NCBI GenBank assembly: GCA_964473825.1
Contig: CAYYQL010000001.1
Span: 96,001-160,000, forward strand
From: an uncultured archaeon
GTDB taxonomy: Archaea > Asgardarchaeota > Thorarchaeia > Thorarchaeales > Thorarchaeaceae
DNA: 64,000 nt
Reading direction: 5' to 3'
Shown: positions 48,895 to 58,213 of the stretch, one piece after another
How the letters are laid out: each line of letters starts with the position of its first letter
Numbering within the stretch: the stretch's first letter is position 1
Translations under genes and position numbers: made by a program
The notes under the pieces: generated by a model
What the model was told of the DNA's origin: nothing
Database searches by the model: none
What the model saw: the letters and a program-made list of their open reading frames with translations, nothing else

Positions 48895-50868
48895 CTAAGC
48901 CACAATCTCAAGAACGCCAGAAAGCACAAGCTTGGTCGCGACGAACTTCATAGCGTTGTAGCTTACACCGACCTTCTTCACGACATCTTCCAGAGGTGTT
49001 TCGCCATCACAGTAATCCACGAATTTGACTACTGCAGTGCCATAAGCCTTGACTGTGTTAGGATCAGGATTCTTAACTTTCCTAGGAATGCTCTGTGGCC
49101 CGAGATCAACTTGGAAGCTGATCCATCCAAAGTGCTCCATGATCTGCAGCGCTCCAGTGACGTTCTCCCGGGGAAGGTCTAGGCTCCTAATCAAGCCTCC
49201 AATAGTTTCGGTTCCTTCTATTGCACTCTTGACCTCCACAATAGAACGTCCCACCTCTCTACTGTCGAATGATAGGGGACGACCAGCCTCACGGGCGCGG
49301 ACTACATAGTCGAAGCTAATGGGGCTCATTGGTATCTTCTGTAGAAGTGAAAAGACGGTGGGTTCAAAGATGGTCACATCGCCATCCCAGGTCTCCCAAG
49401 TTCCTTGATACGCTTCTTCGAACTCGAAGAGCAGAGAGGACATAATCTTTCGATACTTCTCCTCTTCACTGTCATTGGTGACTGTCACACCTAACAAGAA
49501 ATGGTCAGACTTCTCGACCATGACCAGGTTTCCTTCGTGCTCGATTCTCTTCAGGGCGTCGCTCTTATCGGCTATACCGCTGGGATCACCGTCGATTCCG
49601 CCGAAGGAATCAAGAGCTGAGATCAGAGATGTGATTGCGGTGGCGTCCACTTCCTCGTTGGCGTAGTTGAGCTCGTAGCAGGTATGGAACGTCCCGCCGT
49701 CTTGAACGATCATAATCACATGGAGAACCCGCGCCTGCTCAGCAATCTTGTCAGGAATCTCAACAACCGTATCAGATTCGGACTCGATATTGACGGGGTA
49801 GTCGATTGCCGAGTCCCCACTTACTCCGCCCGCTCTCAAGTCACCCGAGGGTGCGCTCTCTCCAGTATTCTGAGCTTCGACCCACTCCCCTGTCTCACCA
49901 GATGTGGCACCTGTAGCACTCCGAATATCACCAGGTCGTGGAGGTAACTCAGCCTCCTTGTCCTTTCTGTGAACAGTGATCATCTCACTCAGAGGCCTGT
50001 CGGGCAACTCAACTCCCACTGTCTTTGTAGCCACTTCCAGCATCAATCGAATGAATTCGTCCCTCCGAGTCTTGTCCGTTGCAACCATTGGGAACGTAGG
50101 AGCACCCAAGAGCCGCTGAATCTTCTCAGCTCGCATGGACTCTGGGAGGTCCTGCTTGTTTGCAATGATAAAGAGGGGAACCGCAGGAGCTTCCTTCCGA
50201 ATGGTTCGTAGCAGGCTCTTGGTCTGCATCACATTCCGGAAACTGCTGTCCGTAATCAGAAAGATGACGTCTGTTCCTGAGAAGTAGAAGGCCCAAAGAT
50301 CTTGAAATACCGCCTGCCCGGCGAAGTCCCATAAAGTTACCAGAAAAGTGCCGAATTGTATCGTTTCTGAGGAGTCTACGGCCACGTTGATGGTGGGAAC
50401 ATAGCCGCCAGGTGCTGGTTCCTTACCAAACAATAGTCTGAGCAATGTGCTCTTCCCAACACCACCGGAGCCAACAAAAGATACCTTGAACCTTGTGAAG
50501 ACCAGCTCATCTAGAATATCATCCAGATTGTCTTTCACATACCCTATGCTGTTGCCTCTCAGTGCAGTAGATATCCGGGCAGCCCCTTCTCGGGCCTTTC
50601 GGATAATTGTTCGATCCTCATCTCTGCCATCGGTAACAAGCATGAGCTGAATATCATCATCAACAAGAGAGTGGAATACCTTATGCTCACCGACATAGAC
50701 TGGCGTGTCTGGAGAGAGACCCTCAGTGTCCATGAGGTCCGAATACCCACTCATGAAATCATGTATATCATCATCAGTGAATTCTATCTTCCAGAATCTG
50801 ACCCTAGTGACGACCTCTCCAGTCGCCTTCTCGATGAGTATAACGTTGTGAATCAGATTGCAGCACAC
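48895..50868 (-). CDS. Longin - Arf-like small GTPase - longin - 2x wHTH fusion protein
   Basis: G1 GSGGVGKS, G2 YVPTI, G3 WDFAGQ, LWAFYF and G4 IANKQDLP; flanking longin patterns; IEGTETI and CDGETPL wHTH motifs. Confidence 0.88.
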   Translation of the reverse strand: MCCNLIHNVILIEKATGEVVTRVRFWKIEFTDDDIHDFMSGYSDLMDTEGLSPDTPVYVGEHKVFHSLVDDDIQLMLVTDGRDEDRTIIRKAREGAARISTALRGNSIGYVKDNLDDILDELVFTRFKVSFVGSGGVGKSTLLRLLFGKEPAPGGYVPTINVAVDSSETIQFGTFLVTLWDFAGQAVFQDLWAFYFSGTDVIFLITDSSFRNVMQTKSLLRTIRKEAPAVPLFIIANKQDLPESMRAEKIQRLLGAPTFPMVATDKTRRDEFIRLMLEVATKTVGVELPDRPLSEMITVHRKDKEAELPPRPGDIRSATGATSGETGEWVEAQNTGESAPSGDLRAGGVSGDSAIDYPVNIESESDTVVEIPDKIAEQARVLHVIMIVQDGGTFHTCYELNYANEEVDATAITSLISALDSFGGIDGDPSGIADKSDALKRIEHEGNLVMVEKSDHFLLGVTVTNDSEEEKYRKIMSSLLFEFEEAYQGTWETWDGDVTIFEPTVFSLLQKIPMSPISFDYVVRAREAGRPLSFDSREVGRSIVEVKSAIEGTETIGGLIRSLDLPRENVTGALQIMEHFGWISFQVDLGPQSIPRKVKNPDPNTVKAYGTAVVKFVDYCDGETPLEDVVKKVGVSYNAMKFVATKLVLSGVLEIVA

Positions 50869-50965
50869 TCCAGCAGAGCCCGTTTGTTTTATGTGAGATG
50901 ATGTTTTCCTTCAGGACGTGTAGTTAAATCAACCTCTATGAACCTTTGGTGGGGATACTGAGAGT

Positions 50966-52690
50966 CTATTTGAACGCAACCATACCCCGTTTATGAAGGT
51001 CTCTCAGCACATGAAGCACGACCCCAACATCGATTCCTGTCACTCCAGAGATGGCCTTTATTGTCTTGGCTCCGTCCACAGCCCTCAGGATACGCTCAAG
51101 GTCTGCATAGAGCTTGAGTACCTCAGGATCGGGGGGACTCGACATTTGAGGGATGTCCTCGGAAGTGATGAGTAAGTCAAAGCCTATGGAATCAAGCGCT
51201 TTGAGCAAGTGAATGGCACCCAAGCTCATCTTCGGACCCGCACCTTGCACAATTGTTTCGATAGTCAACGAACCATCAACCGTGTTCCAGACAGCCATCA
51301 GAAAGTCACGTACGAGCTCTGACTTGAACCGGTCCCAATCGGGAGCAGAAAGACGGTATGGAGCCATTCGATTCGAGAGTGTTTCGGGAGGGAGAGTGGC
51401 GAGAAGTTTGAGAGTAAAGGGTGGAGAGGCATAGAGGTCATCTCCTGCGGCAACCTCTTCGGGCTGCTCGTCTGCGTACAAATCTGGCAGAAACGAAAAG
51501 GTCTGTCTGAGCTCGTCCACATCACCCCTGTTGCCTGTTATCAGAGTAAAGATGAGGTCACCCCGTTCTATCATGATGTAGGTGAGATTCCCTGCTTTGA
51601 ACACCTCAGTCTTCATCTGCTGCATGGATTCCACATTGAACATGGACAAGGCCGCTACAATGTTTGGGGCGCGTGACAGAACGGTTGACTTTGATTCGTA
51701 GTAGTATGTATAGACTGCGTCACCCAAGTTCTTGTCAACAACGAAGAAGGCTTGGTGCCCGAGGACTTTCTCCTCACTAAGAACTCGGTCTTGTTCATCC
51801 TTCTCGAATAACTCGGTCCTCCATCGTTTCATTGCAAGCTCGGGATGCATGTCCGTGAGGCCACTCATTGCCAGTGTGGACAGAACCAGATGAGTTGAAT
51901 CGCCAGATGAAGCATCAGATAGCACAAGATCAAGTTCATACTCAAGGTTTCGAGCCAATTCCAAACACTCTTCGTGGCCGGGTACGATGACTATTTCATC
52001 GCTATGTACTTCTCTGACCCTTGATACAACGGAACGAATCTCGTCTGTTTCTGCCTCAGAATTAACGACAATGGTGTATACATTGCAGGACTGCATCTCT
52101 GAGGGCAGACCTTGGGAAGCAGCGGCATCAAGATCAATCTGGCAGAATCTCACACCTAAGGGACCGAACGAAAACGGCGATGTGAAGAAAGAACCGTTCT
52201 TCTTCTTTTGTTCGACGATTCGACTGACCGCGAGTCCAGTTCGGTTCCCCGGAAGAGGTTTCGAGGGACTGATGAAGCATACTCTGACTTCCTTTTGGAG
52301 AATGTCGGATGCCATGGAGGGAAAGCTGTCCTTCTCTTCGAGGGCTGAAGACGACGCTATCAAATCCTGAATTGCGGTTCTGAGCTTCTTGAAACTGGAC
52401 ATCTCTTCAGCATCACACTGCTCTCCCTCGATGACACAGAGCAACGCAGTCCGCTCATCCAGACGGCCAACCAGACACTTGAAGTCTACTGCACTGATTG
52501 TGGTACATTCTGCGTCGGGTTCACGCTCAACAACATCATAGACCCTCTCCATAATCAAGCCAAATCTCGTCTTCACTATACTCTCGTTCTCGAAGCTCAT
52601 CTCTGACAGGATTTTCGAGCCTATGAGGTCTATAAGATACGCAGAACGTATCACTGGATTGATTCTCCTTATTGGGGCAACGACGGCCAT
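50966..52690 (-). CDS. Longin - degenerate GTPase-like - longin - 2x wHTH protein
   Basis: Same domain order as the downstream gene. The GTPase strands are recognisable (VRVCFIS, FCQID, NVYTIVVNS, IVIVP) but GKS, DxxG and NKxD are absent. VDGSLTI and VDGAKTI wHTH motifs. Confidence 0.7.
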   Translation of the reverse strand: MAVVAPIRRINPVIRSAYLIDLIGSKILSEMSFENESIVKTRFGLIMERVYDVVEREPDAECTTISAVDFKCLVGRLDERTALLCVIEGEQCDAEEMSSFKKLRTAIQDLIASSSALEEKDSFPSMASDILQKEVRVCFISPSKPLPGNRTGLAVSRIVEQKKKNGSFFTSPFSFGPLGVRFCQIDLDAAASQGLPSEMQSCNVYTIVVNSEAETDEIRSVVSRVREVHSDEIVIVPGHEECLELARNLEYELDLVLSDASSGDSTHLVLSTLAMSGLTDMHPELAMKRWRTELFEKDEQDRVLSEEKVLGHQAFFVVDKNLGDAVYTYYYESKSTVLSRAPNIVAALSMFNVESMQQMKTEVFKAGNLTYIMIERGDLIFTLITGNRGDVDELRQTFSFLPDLYADEQPEEVAAGDDLYASPPFTLKLLATLPPETLSNRMAPYRLSAPDWDRFKSELVRDFLMAVWNTVDGSLTIETIVQGAGPKMSLGAIHLLKALDSIGFDLLITSEDIPQMSSPPDPEVLKLYADLERILRAVDGAKTIKAISGVTGIDVGVVLHVLRDLHKRGMVAFK

Positions 52691-52729
52691 TGTGAAATAG
52701 TTATGTGCTATAAATCATGTCCAATGCTC

Positions 52730-54040
52730 TTACAAGGTTCTGGGGTCTTGCACTTGCGGGTCTGCTCGTCGCTTGAGAAAGTCACTGACATCTGTGATGC
52801 CTCTCATCGCTTTCTGATATTCATACTCTGGATCAGATATCGAATTCCCAGAGGCTTCATAGACCTCGCCGGTCTCCAAAGGAGGGAGATCAGAAATCGC
52901 CTCTTTGACCGAAACGGGCTTGGGCAGACCAGGCGGGTCATAGACGGGTTCCGATCGGTTAGTGCCAACTTTTACCGCTGAGAACAGGGATATCGGTCTT
53001 GCTGGTGGCTCACCTTCCGTAGAACCTACAATGAAGACGCGCCTTCTCCTCTGAGGTACGCCGAATTGTTCAGCCTTCAGAATGAACCAGTCTACCGCAT
53101 AACCCAGCATCTCAGTCCTCTCAATCAACCCTCTGAGGATTCCGCCCTTTCCAATCCATGAGAGGCCCGTCACATTCTCAATAACAAAGTAGTCTGGTGA
53201 CAAGTCTTCAATTGCTCTAACCATTATGCCGATGAGATTGTTGCGATTGTCTGACACACTCCACTTCCCGGCGGTTGAGAATCCTTGACAAGGTGGACCT
53301 CCCACCAACAAACTGGGCCTCTCCGTTCCCAGAGTCTCATCTATAGTAGACATCAATGCCGCATATTCGCTAGGGACAGACAGATCGGCCTGTATGGTCT
53401 TCACATTGGGATGATTGAATGAGTATGCTTCACACATCGCCTTCTCCACATCAGAGGCAAGAGCAATCTCATGTCCTGCGAGCTGAAGGCCACATGACAG
53501 GCCTCCCGCTCCAGAGAACAGGTCCACAGCTGTTCCCGGAGGGATTGTCATGCCAACAGCTCGTGCAAGCAGAGGTGGTACTGCGTTGCCGACCTGCTTG
53601 TACTGGGAACTTGCTGAGCCCAGAAACCTGTAGTCATCGAAGAAGGACTGGAGCCTAGCTGCCTCTCGAACCGAAATCATGCGGTCTTGCTCAGGGTGGG
53701 CAAAGCTACCATTTCCAGGACGATGGAAGTATGTGCTGACGGTGTAGCTTGGGAGGTCATTTCTCAAACGGCCATAATATGTGGTACGACCACCGGACCT
53801 TCGGATTTGCATGATTCTCTTGGACTTCTTGGCAATAGTGAGGGGGATGTCGTCCCAGTTGCCGCCAGGCGGCACCGACTTGATGATTTCTATGTCGAGT
53901 TCACTGAGAGAAGGAGCCACATGATTATAGAGAACAGCTCTAGTCTCATCCGTGGTTTCAAGTCCCAAGTCGATGGTCATCAGGTACACCAAGTCCAGAG
54001 TGGAATTCTCTGTCACACTGAAAAATGTACTGCGTGACAT
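52730..54040 (-). CDS. Circularly permuted DNA (cytosine-5) methyltransferase (Alw26I/Eco31I/Esp3I-like)
   Basis: TRD plus motifs IX (SVREAARLQSF) and X (QVGNAVPP) precede I (DLFSGAGG), IV (GGPPCQGFS), VI (ENV) and VIII (QRRRR). Confidence 0.9.
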   Translation of the reverse strand: MSRSTFFSVTENSTLDLVYLMTIDLGLETTDETRAVLYNHVAPSLSELDIEIIKSVPPGGNWDDIPLTIAKKSKRIMQIRRSGGRTTYYGRLRNDLPSYTVSTYFHRPGNGSFAHPEQDRMISVREAARLQSFFDDYRFLGSASSQYKQVGNAVPPLLARAVGMTIPPGTAVDLFSGAGGLSCGLQLAGHEIALASDVEKAMCEAYSFNHPNVKTIQADLSVPSEYAALMSTIDETLGTERPSLLVGGPPCQGFSTAGKWSVSDNRNNLIGIMVRAIEDLSPDYFVIENVTGLSWIGKGGILRGLIERTEMLGYAVDWFILKAEQFGVPQRRRRVFIVGSTEGEPPARPISLFSAVKVGTNRSEPVYDPPGLPKPVSVKEAISDLPPLETGEVYEASGNSISDPEYEYQKAMRGITDVSDFLKRRADPQVQDPRTL

Positions 54041-56217
54041 TACATGGCTTCATCCATTCTTACCACGATATCTTCAACTTCCTTCTCCTCTGCGGCAAGG
54101 TGAGATAGAACGATCCGGGCCTGTTCAGAAGATATCTTATAGAGTTGAAAGACATGGCCTTCCAATCTATAACTACAAGCCGTGTTTCCATTCAACATGG
54201 CTCCGACATCTTTCACAATCGCATCATAGAGATTCTCCTCTTTTGCTGTTAGATCAAAAGGAGGTGGAATCGGTAGGTGCCCCAATTCCCTATTGGAAAC
54301 ATGATTGTTGGTATTCGTAATGGCAAACCGCCAGTTCAGGAGTGAAGAGTTCAGAAGGCCCAAAAGGTAGAGAAGGAGAAACCCACGCTCCTGGGACGTA
54401 AGAGTCAGATAGTTGCAGGAGTTTGCCAACACTACATGAGGTTCTACGAGCGCGAATTTCAATCTCCAGCGTTGTTTGCGATTCGAGACCTGCTGACAAG
54501 CGATGCGTTCGCGCTCTGAATGAGCAATCCGCTCTGAGGTGCTATGCTTCTCTCTGAAAGCATCATAATCCACAAAGTCCTCTATCTCAATACTCGAGGT
54601 ATGAGCGAATCTTCTGATGTGTGACCCTCTGAGCAGCGGAGGCTTATCAGGATCTGCACTTATCAGATTCTTGTCCAGAGTGAGGTCAAGCTCCCCCCTA
54701 CATATTCGTACCCAGTCATGCCTGTTCAAGCTTGCTTGCTTGTGCATAATGTCAAGTATCTGCCAATCCTGTGAGTTCAATCGTGGAATGATATACTCAC
54801 TTCCTGAAAGGTTTTCTATCCTTTGAACAGAGATATTCTCAAGACGTGGCTTCGAACGGGAATGCAGATGCTGAAGACCGAAAGCAGCAGGGATGATACC
54901 GCTGGGTCTTCCCTTCTTCACACTCATAATACATAGAGCCTGTGTCACATTGGGGAAAAGCGAAGAGCCTTCTTGGTATTCTTCAAGGCGATAGATGGAG
55001 TGCTTGGTGAGAATCTCTTCTCTCAAAGCTGCAGCAGAGAGGTCTCCGAGAACCGATGCAGGAACGATGAAACCCAGTCGAGCATCACTTCTTGAGATAC
55101 GAAGTGCTCGCTCAATGAACAGCCTGTGAGTGTCTAATGTGTACTTGTTTGCAAGGGTGTACTCACCAGAGTTCCTGAAGTACCCGACTCTTTCCTTCAA
55201 CTCAGTCTTGTATGCCTCAAACCCTTCCATATCGACTTCGCGTTCGCCCTGAGAAAGACGCTCTCTGATGTACTCAGCACGGCTTGGATGGAGTCTGTCA
55301 TATGGAGGATTCATCACCACGAAGCGGAATCCGCCTTGGTCTAGAATCTCGCACTCGAAACGTTCGTTCCAATTAAGCTCATTTATCGATGGGGCAGATA
55401 GATACTCCTTTGGAGCACATGACTGCCCCCTAAGAGAGCCAATCAAAGAATCACCTTGAATTATGTGTCCACTAGGTATCCGCTTCTCCAGTCCAAGCTC
55501 TGTCAACCTGTGGTTCAGTACTCTATGCGCAACCTCCACACTAGCCCCATCAAGGTCAACTCCATAGAAACCGTCAAGAAACCAGGACAGATACTGTCCG
55601 TAGTCAGTCTTGTCACATGACCGCTTAAGCCGGCTGGACATATAGTCAACTGCGGAAAGAAGGAACGCCCCTGGGCCGCAGGCCGGGTCGATTAATGTGA
55701 ACTCATCAGCAGCGCGCTCCCAAGCAGAAGAGCTCTCCTGGAGGATTCTCTCTTCCAGCCAAGGTCCAAGAGTGATTCCAACGATATGTTGAGCTACAGG
55801 CATAGGTGTGAAGTAGCTTCCAAGAATGCGCCGTCGTTTCTGAACCGTAGAAGCGCTGACGGGTCTAAAGGCCCCTATTGAATGAACTTTAAGCATAAGG
55901 CTGGTAGGACTATAGCATGGAGAATGCCCAAGTTCTTCCATCAAGCTGCTACCGCAGAACTCCTCCAGCAGTTGCCGGACATCGTCGATAATACGCGGCT
56001 GATCGAGTCCTGATCTCTCTCCAAGGAATGTAAGCCTTCGAAAGAACAACTCATCATCCGCATTGTTGTTGCGGCGATAAAGCCAGTTGAGTGCAGCCAG
56101 ACGTGTGCATTCCATGACATGGCGCTGGGAGTGCTCAGAAGCGATTCCGAGACGGTCTGCGATCTGCCTTGTCTCGTCTACTATTCTCAGAGCAACATTG
56201 CCATCAAGGGCACTCAT
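54040..56217 (-). CDS. N6-adenine DNA methyltransferase (Alw26I/Eco31I/Esp3I-like)
   Basis: GSYFTP, DPACGPGAF and MNPPY; C-terminal RIACQQVSN...LANSCNY...LNSSLLNWRF. Its stop overlaps the m5C MTase start (TAATG). Confidence 0.88.
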   Translation of the reverse strand: MSALDGNVALRIVDETRQIADRLGIASEHSQRHVMECTRLAALNWLYRRNNNADDELFFRRLTFLGERSGLDQPRIIDDVRQLLEEFCGSSLMEELGHSPCYSPTSLMLKVHSIGAFRPVSASTVQKRRRILGSYFTPMPVAQHIVGITLGPWLEERILQESSSAWERAADEFTLIDPACGPGAFLLSAVDYMSSRLKRSCDKTDYGQYLSWFLDGFYGVDLDGASVEVAHRVLNHRLTELGLEKRIPSGHIIQGDSLIGSLRGQSCAPKEYLSAPSINELNWNERFECEILDQGGFRFVVMNPPYDRLHPSRAEYIRERLSQGEREVDMEGFEAYKTELKERVGYFRNSGEYTLANKYTLDTHRLFIERALRISRSDARLGFIVPASVLGDLSAAALREEILTKHSIYRLEEYQEGSSLFPNVTQALCIMSVKKGRPSGIIPAAFGLQHLHSRSKPRLENISVQRIENLSGSEYIIPRLNSQDWQILDIMHKQASLNRHDWVRICRGELDLTLDKNLISADPDKPPLLRGSHIRRFAHTSSIEIEDFVDYDAFREKHSTSERIAHSERERIACQQVSNRKQRWRLKFALVEPHVVLANSCNYLTLTSQERGFLLLYLLGLLNSSLLNWRFAITNTNNHVSNRELGHLPIPPPFDLTAKEENLYDAIVKDVGAMLNGNTACSYRLEGHVFQLYKISSEQARIVLSHLAAEEKEVEDIVVRMDEAM

Positions 56218-56271
56218 GGATATTCGAGCGATTCATTCACAGGGGATAGAGATAGGTCTTGTGCAGTTGAC

Positions 56272-57540
56272 TCATAGAACTCCAATGGGCATGATGTATA
56301 CACAGGTGAACCCTTCAGGAGCTTGAACTACTTGGGCAACCTGATCCTTATAGAGCCCGCCTACTGCAACAGTACCCAGACCTAGGGACGCGCACTTGAG
56401 ATAGACAATCTGGCTCAGCATTCCGATATCGTAAAGCATCACCCTCCACTGAGAATCCGCATCATGGAATTGCCGCGTCCATCCGAAATCTGCAGAGATG
56501 ACCAGATTGACCTGTGCCTCGCGAATCCAGGGCTGGCTGAGACCTGCTTCGAAGATGCTTTCAACCAGATTCTCATCACTCAGCATTACAAGGGACCCAT
56601 TTGTCCAAGAGAATTCGTAGAGTCCTGCATGAAGCAGCGTAACATCTCGCGATACCAGATGTAAGTTGTAGTGTGATGCATCGCCTCCAATCAGAGGGGC
56701 CAAGGTGCAATTGCTGAGGATTTCAAGAAGATTCTCATTAGGAAGACTGGCGTTCAGGTAGTCTCTCACAGAACGGCGACTACTGATTGCCTGCTCGACG
56801 CTCATTTCAGTACCATCTAACGGAACGTTTCTCAATGGTCCAAGAGTCGCAGGTCTTCCAACAGGCAAGACGAGCATGGGATGATAAGCTGTATTCAGGA
56901 ACCTTTGAAGCATTCCCTCATCCAAAGTCAGTATCGGCCTGGTTCGCAAATCAAGGGCTGCCATCTGGAGAAAAGCATTCTGTAGTACATGCCCGACCTC
57001 CAGATGAACATACTGAATCCCTCTTGCACCGTACCTCTCCGTTGTTCGTGCATATTCAGCGAGGACTACCAACACAGCGGCCGCTTCCTCCAGAACCCCC
57101 CTATCATCAACAACAAAGCAATCTGCAAGAGCTAGGCTTTCGTTGATAGAAACTTCGGTCAAAGAATGACCATTGGGATTGTAGCGATAGAAACCGGTTT
57201 CTAGGTCTGACACGCGCTTCACAGCTACAAAAACCTCAAGCGGATATGTTCCCCCTGCAGAAGGAGCGACTCTAAACCCAGCAGCACTTGTTATCCCCTG
57301 CATCGACCACAGAAGTTGGGAAACATCGGTCAGGTCCAGAGCCTGAGATTGAAAAGAATCATCAATGACATCAATACCCAAGGCATCAGAGAGAGGGAGG
57401 TAACCCACCATGTCGGGTGCAGGCAATGGCGTAGTAGAAGGATCCTTTGTTAAATGCCAGATGAGAATCGGAGTAGAAAAGACAGCTATTGCTACGAGTA
57501 TGAGAATGCCGAAACGACCAACTTGTCGGGAGGTTTTCAT
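56272..57540 (-). CDS. Membrane-anchored tandem SagB/ThcOx (nitroreductase-like) protein
   Basis: N-terminal TM helix; RVAPSAGGTYPLE and RYGARGIQYVHLEVGHVLQN; second domain with RRSVRDY and LGLGTVAVG. Confidence 0.8.
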   Translation of the reverse strand: MKTSRQVGRFGILILVAIAVFSTPILIWHLTKDPSTTPLPAPDMVGYLPLSDALGIDVIDDSFQSQALDLTDVSQLLWSMQGITSAAGFRVAPSAGGTYPLEVFVAVKRVSDLETGFYRYNPNGHSLTEVSINESLALADCFVVDDRGVLEEAAAVLVVLAEYARTTERYGARGIQYVHLEVGHVLQNAFLQMAALDLRTRPILTLDEGMLQRFLNTAYHPMLVLPVGRPATLGPLRNVPLDGTEMSVEQAISSRRSVRDYLNASLPNENLLEILSNCTLAPLIGGDASHYNLHLVSRDVTLLHAGLYEFSWTNGSLVMLSDENLVESIFEAGLSQPWIREAQVNLVISADFGWTRQFHDADSQWRVMLYDIGMLSQIVYLKCASLGLGTVAVGGLYKDQVAQVVQAPEGFTCVYIMPIGVL

Positions 57541-57705
57541 CAATGACACCTCTCCATACGCATATCTCCACATCTATATCCAGTACCACTTAGATAAGAC
57601 CTCCGAATCAGTTACCATAGCATATCATGTGATTGCCTGTCGGCTCTGTCCATCTAGTCGGCGCGAGTCGGTGAGCACTCTCTTGACAATAGGCCAAAGA
57701 AGAAG

Positions 57706-57780
57706 TGGAGCCGGCTCTGGGATTTGCACCCAGGTGGTACAGATCTGCAGTCTGTTGCGTAGCTGCTCCGCCAAACCGGC
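57706..57780 (-). tRNA. tRNA-Cys (GCA), intronless, with encoded CCA
   Basis: Acceptor stem GCCGGTT/AGCCGGC; anticodon arm ACAGA-CTGCAGA-TCTGT; T arm CTGGG-TGCAAAT-CCCAG; U73 discriminator plus CCA. Confidence 0.93.
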
Positions 57781-57896
57781 TTTCTTGTCAGAATCACCGT
57801 CAGACTCCTTAAAATAATATCGGCAATTCTTGCTCCAATAGAGCTAGGACCTCATGCAATGGTTAGTTTTATGTCAAGGAACCTGTCATCTATGAA

Positions 57897-58196
57897 GTGT
57901 GTATGACAATGAGGATCAAGTCAGTTCTTCGTGACAAGGATATCCTGAACATGGAAGAGGGGTCAGAAGAGAGAATCACGGCTACGGTCAGTAAAAACTT
58001 CGATAGGGCTGTTAACATCAATAGCCTGCTGAGAGTGATGGGGATGGATGCAGAACAGAGAATTGATCTTCTTAGGGCACTCGGAAAGAAGCCGTATCAC
58101 ATTTGGCTTGCGAATCAAGGCAATCAGCATGTTATCTATATCTCCGAAGCAGAGAAACCTCAAGATGAGGAGATTGTTGGCTATATGTGGCAATAG
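57897..58196 (+). CDS. Small hypothetical protein
   Basis: ~97-aa ORF with protein-like composition filling the gap between the tRNA and the TPR gene; start is 57897, 57903 or 57909. Confidence 0.6.
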   Translation: MCMTMRIKSVLRDKDILNMEEGSEERITATVSKNFDRAVNINSLLRVMGMDAEQRIDLLRALGKKPYHIWLANQGNQHVIYISEAEKPQDEEIVGYMWQ

Positions 58197-58213
58197 ACCA
58201 ATGCGAGTTACTC

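Noticed and set aside
52730-57780. Integrated element at tRNA-Cys carrying the methyltransferases
   Set aside because: The MTases do lie downstream of the tRNA 3' end, but I found no integrase, no duplicated tRNA 3' end (att site) and no obvious compositional shift.
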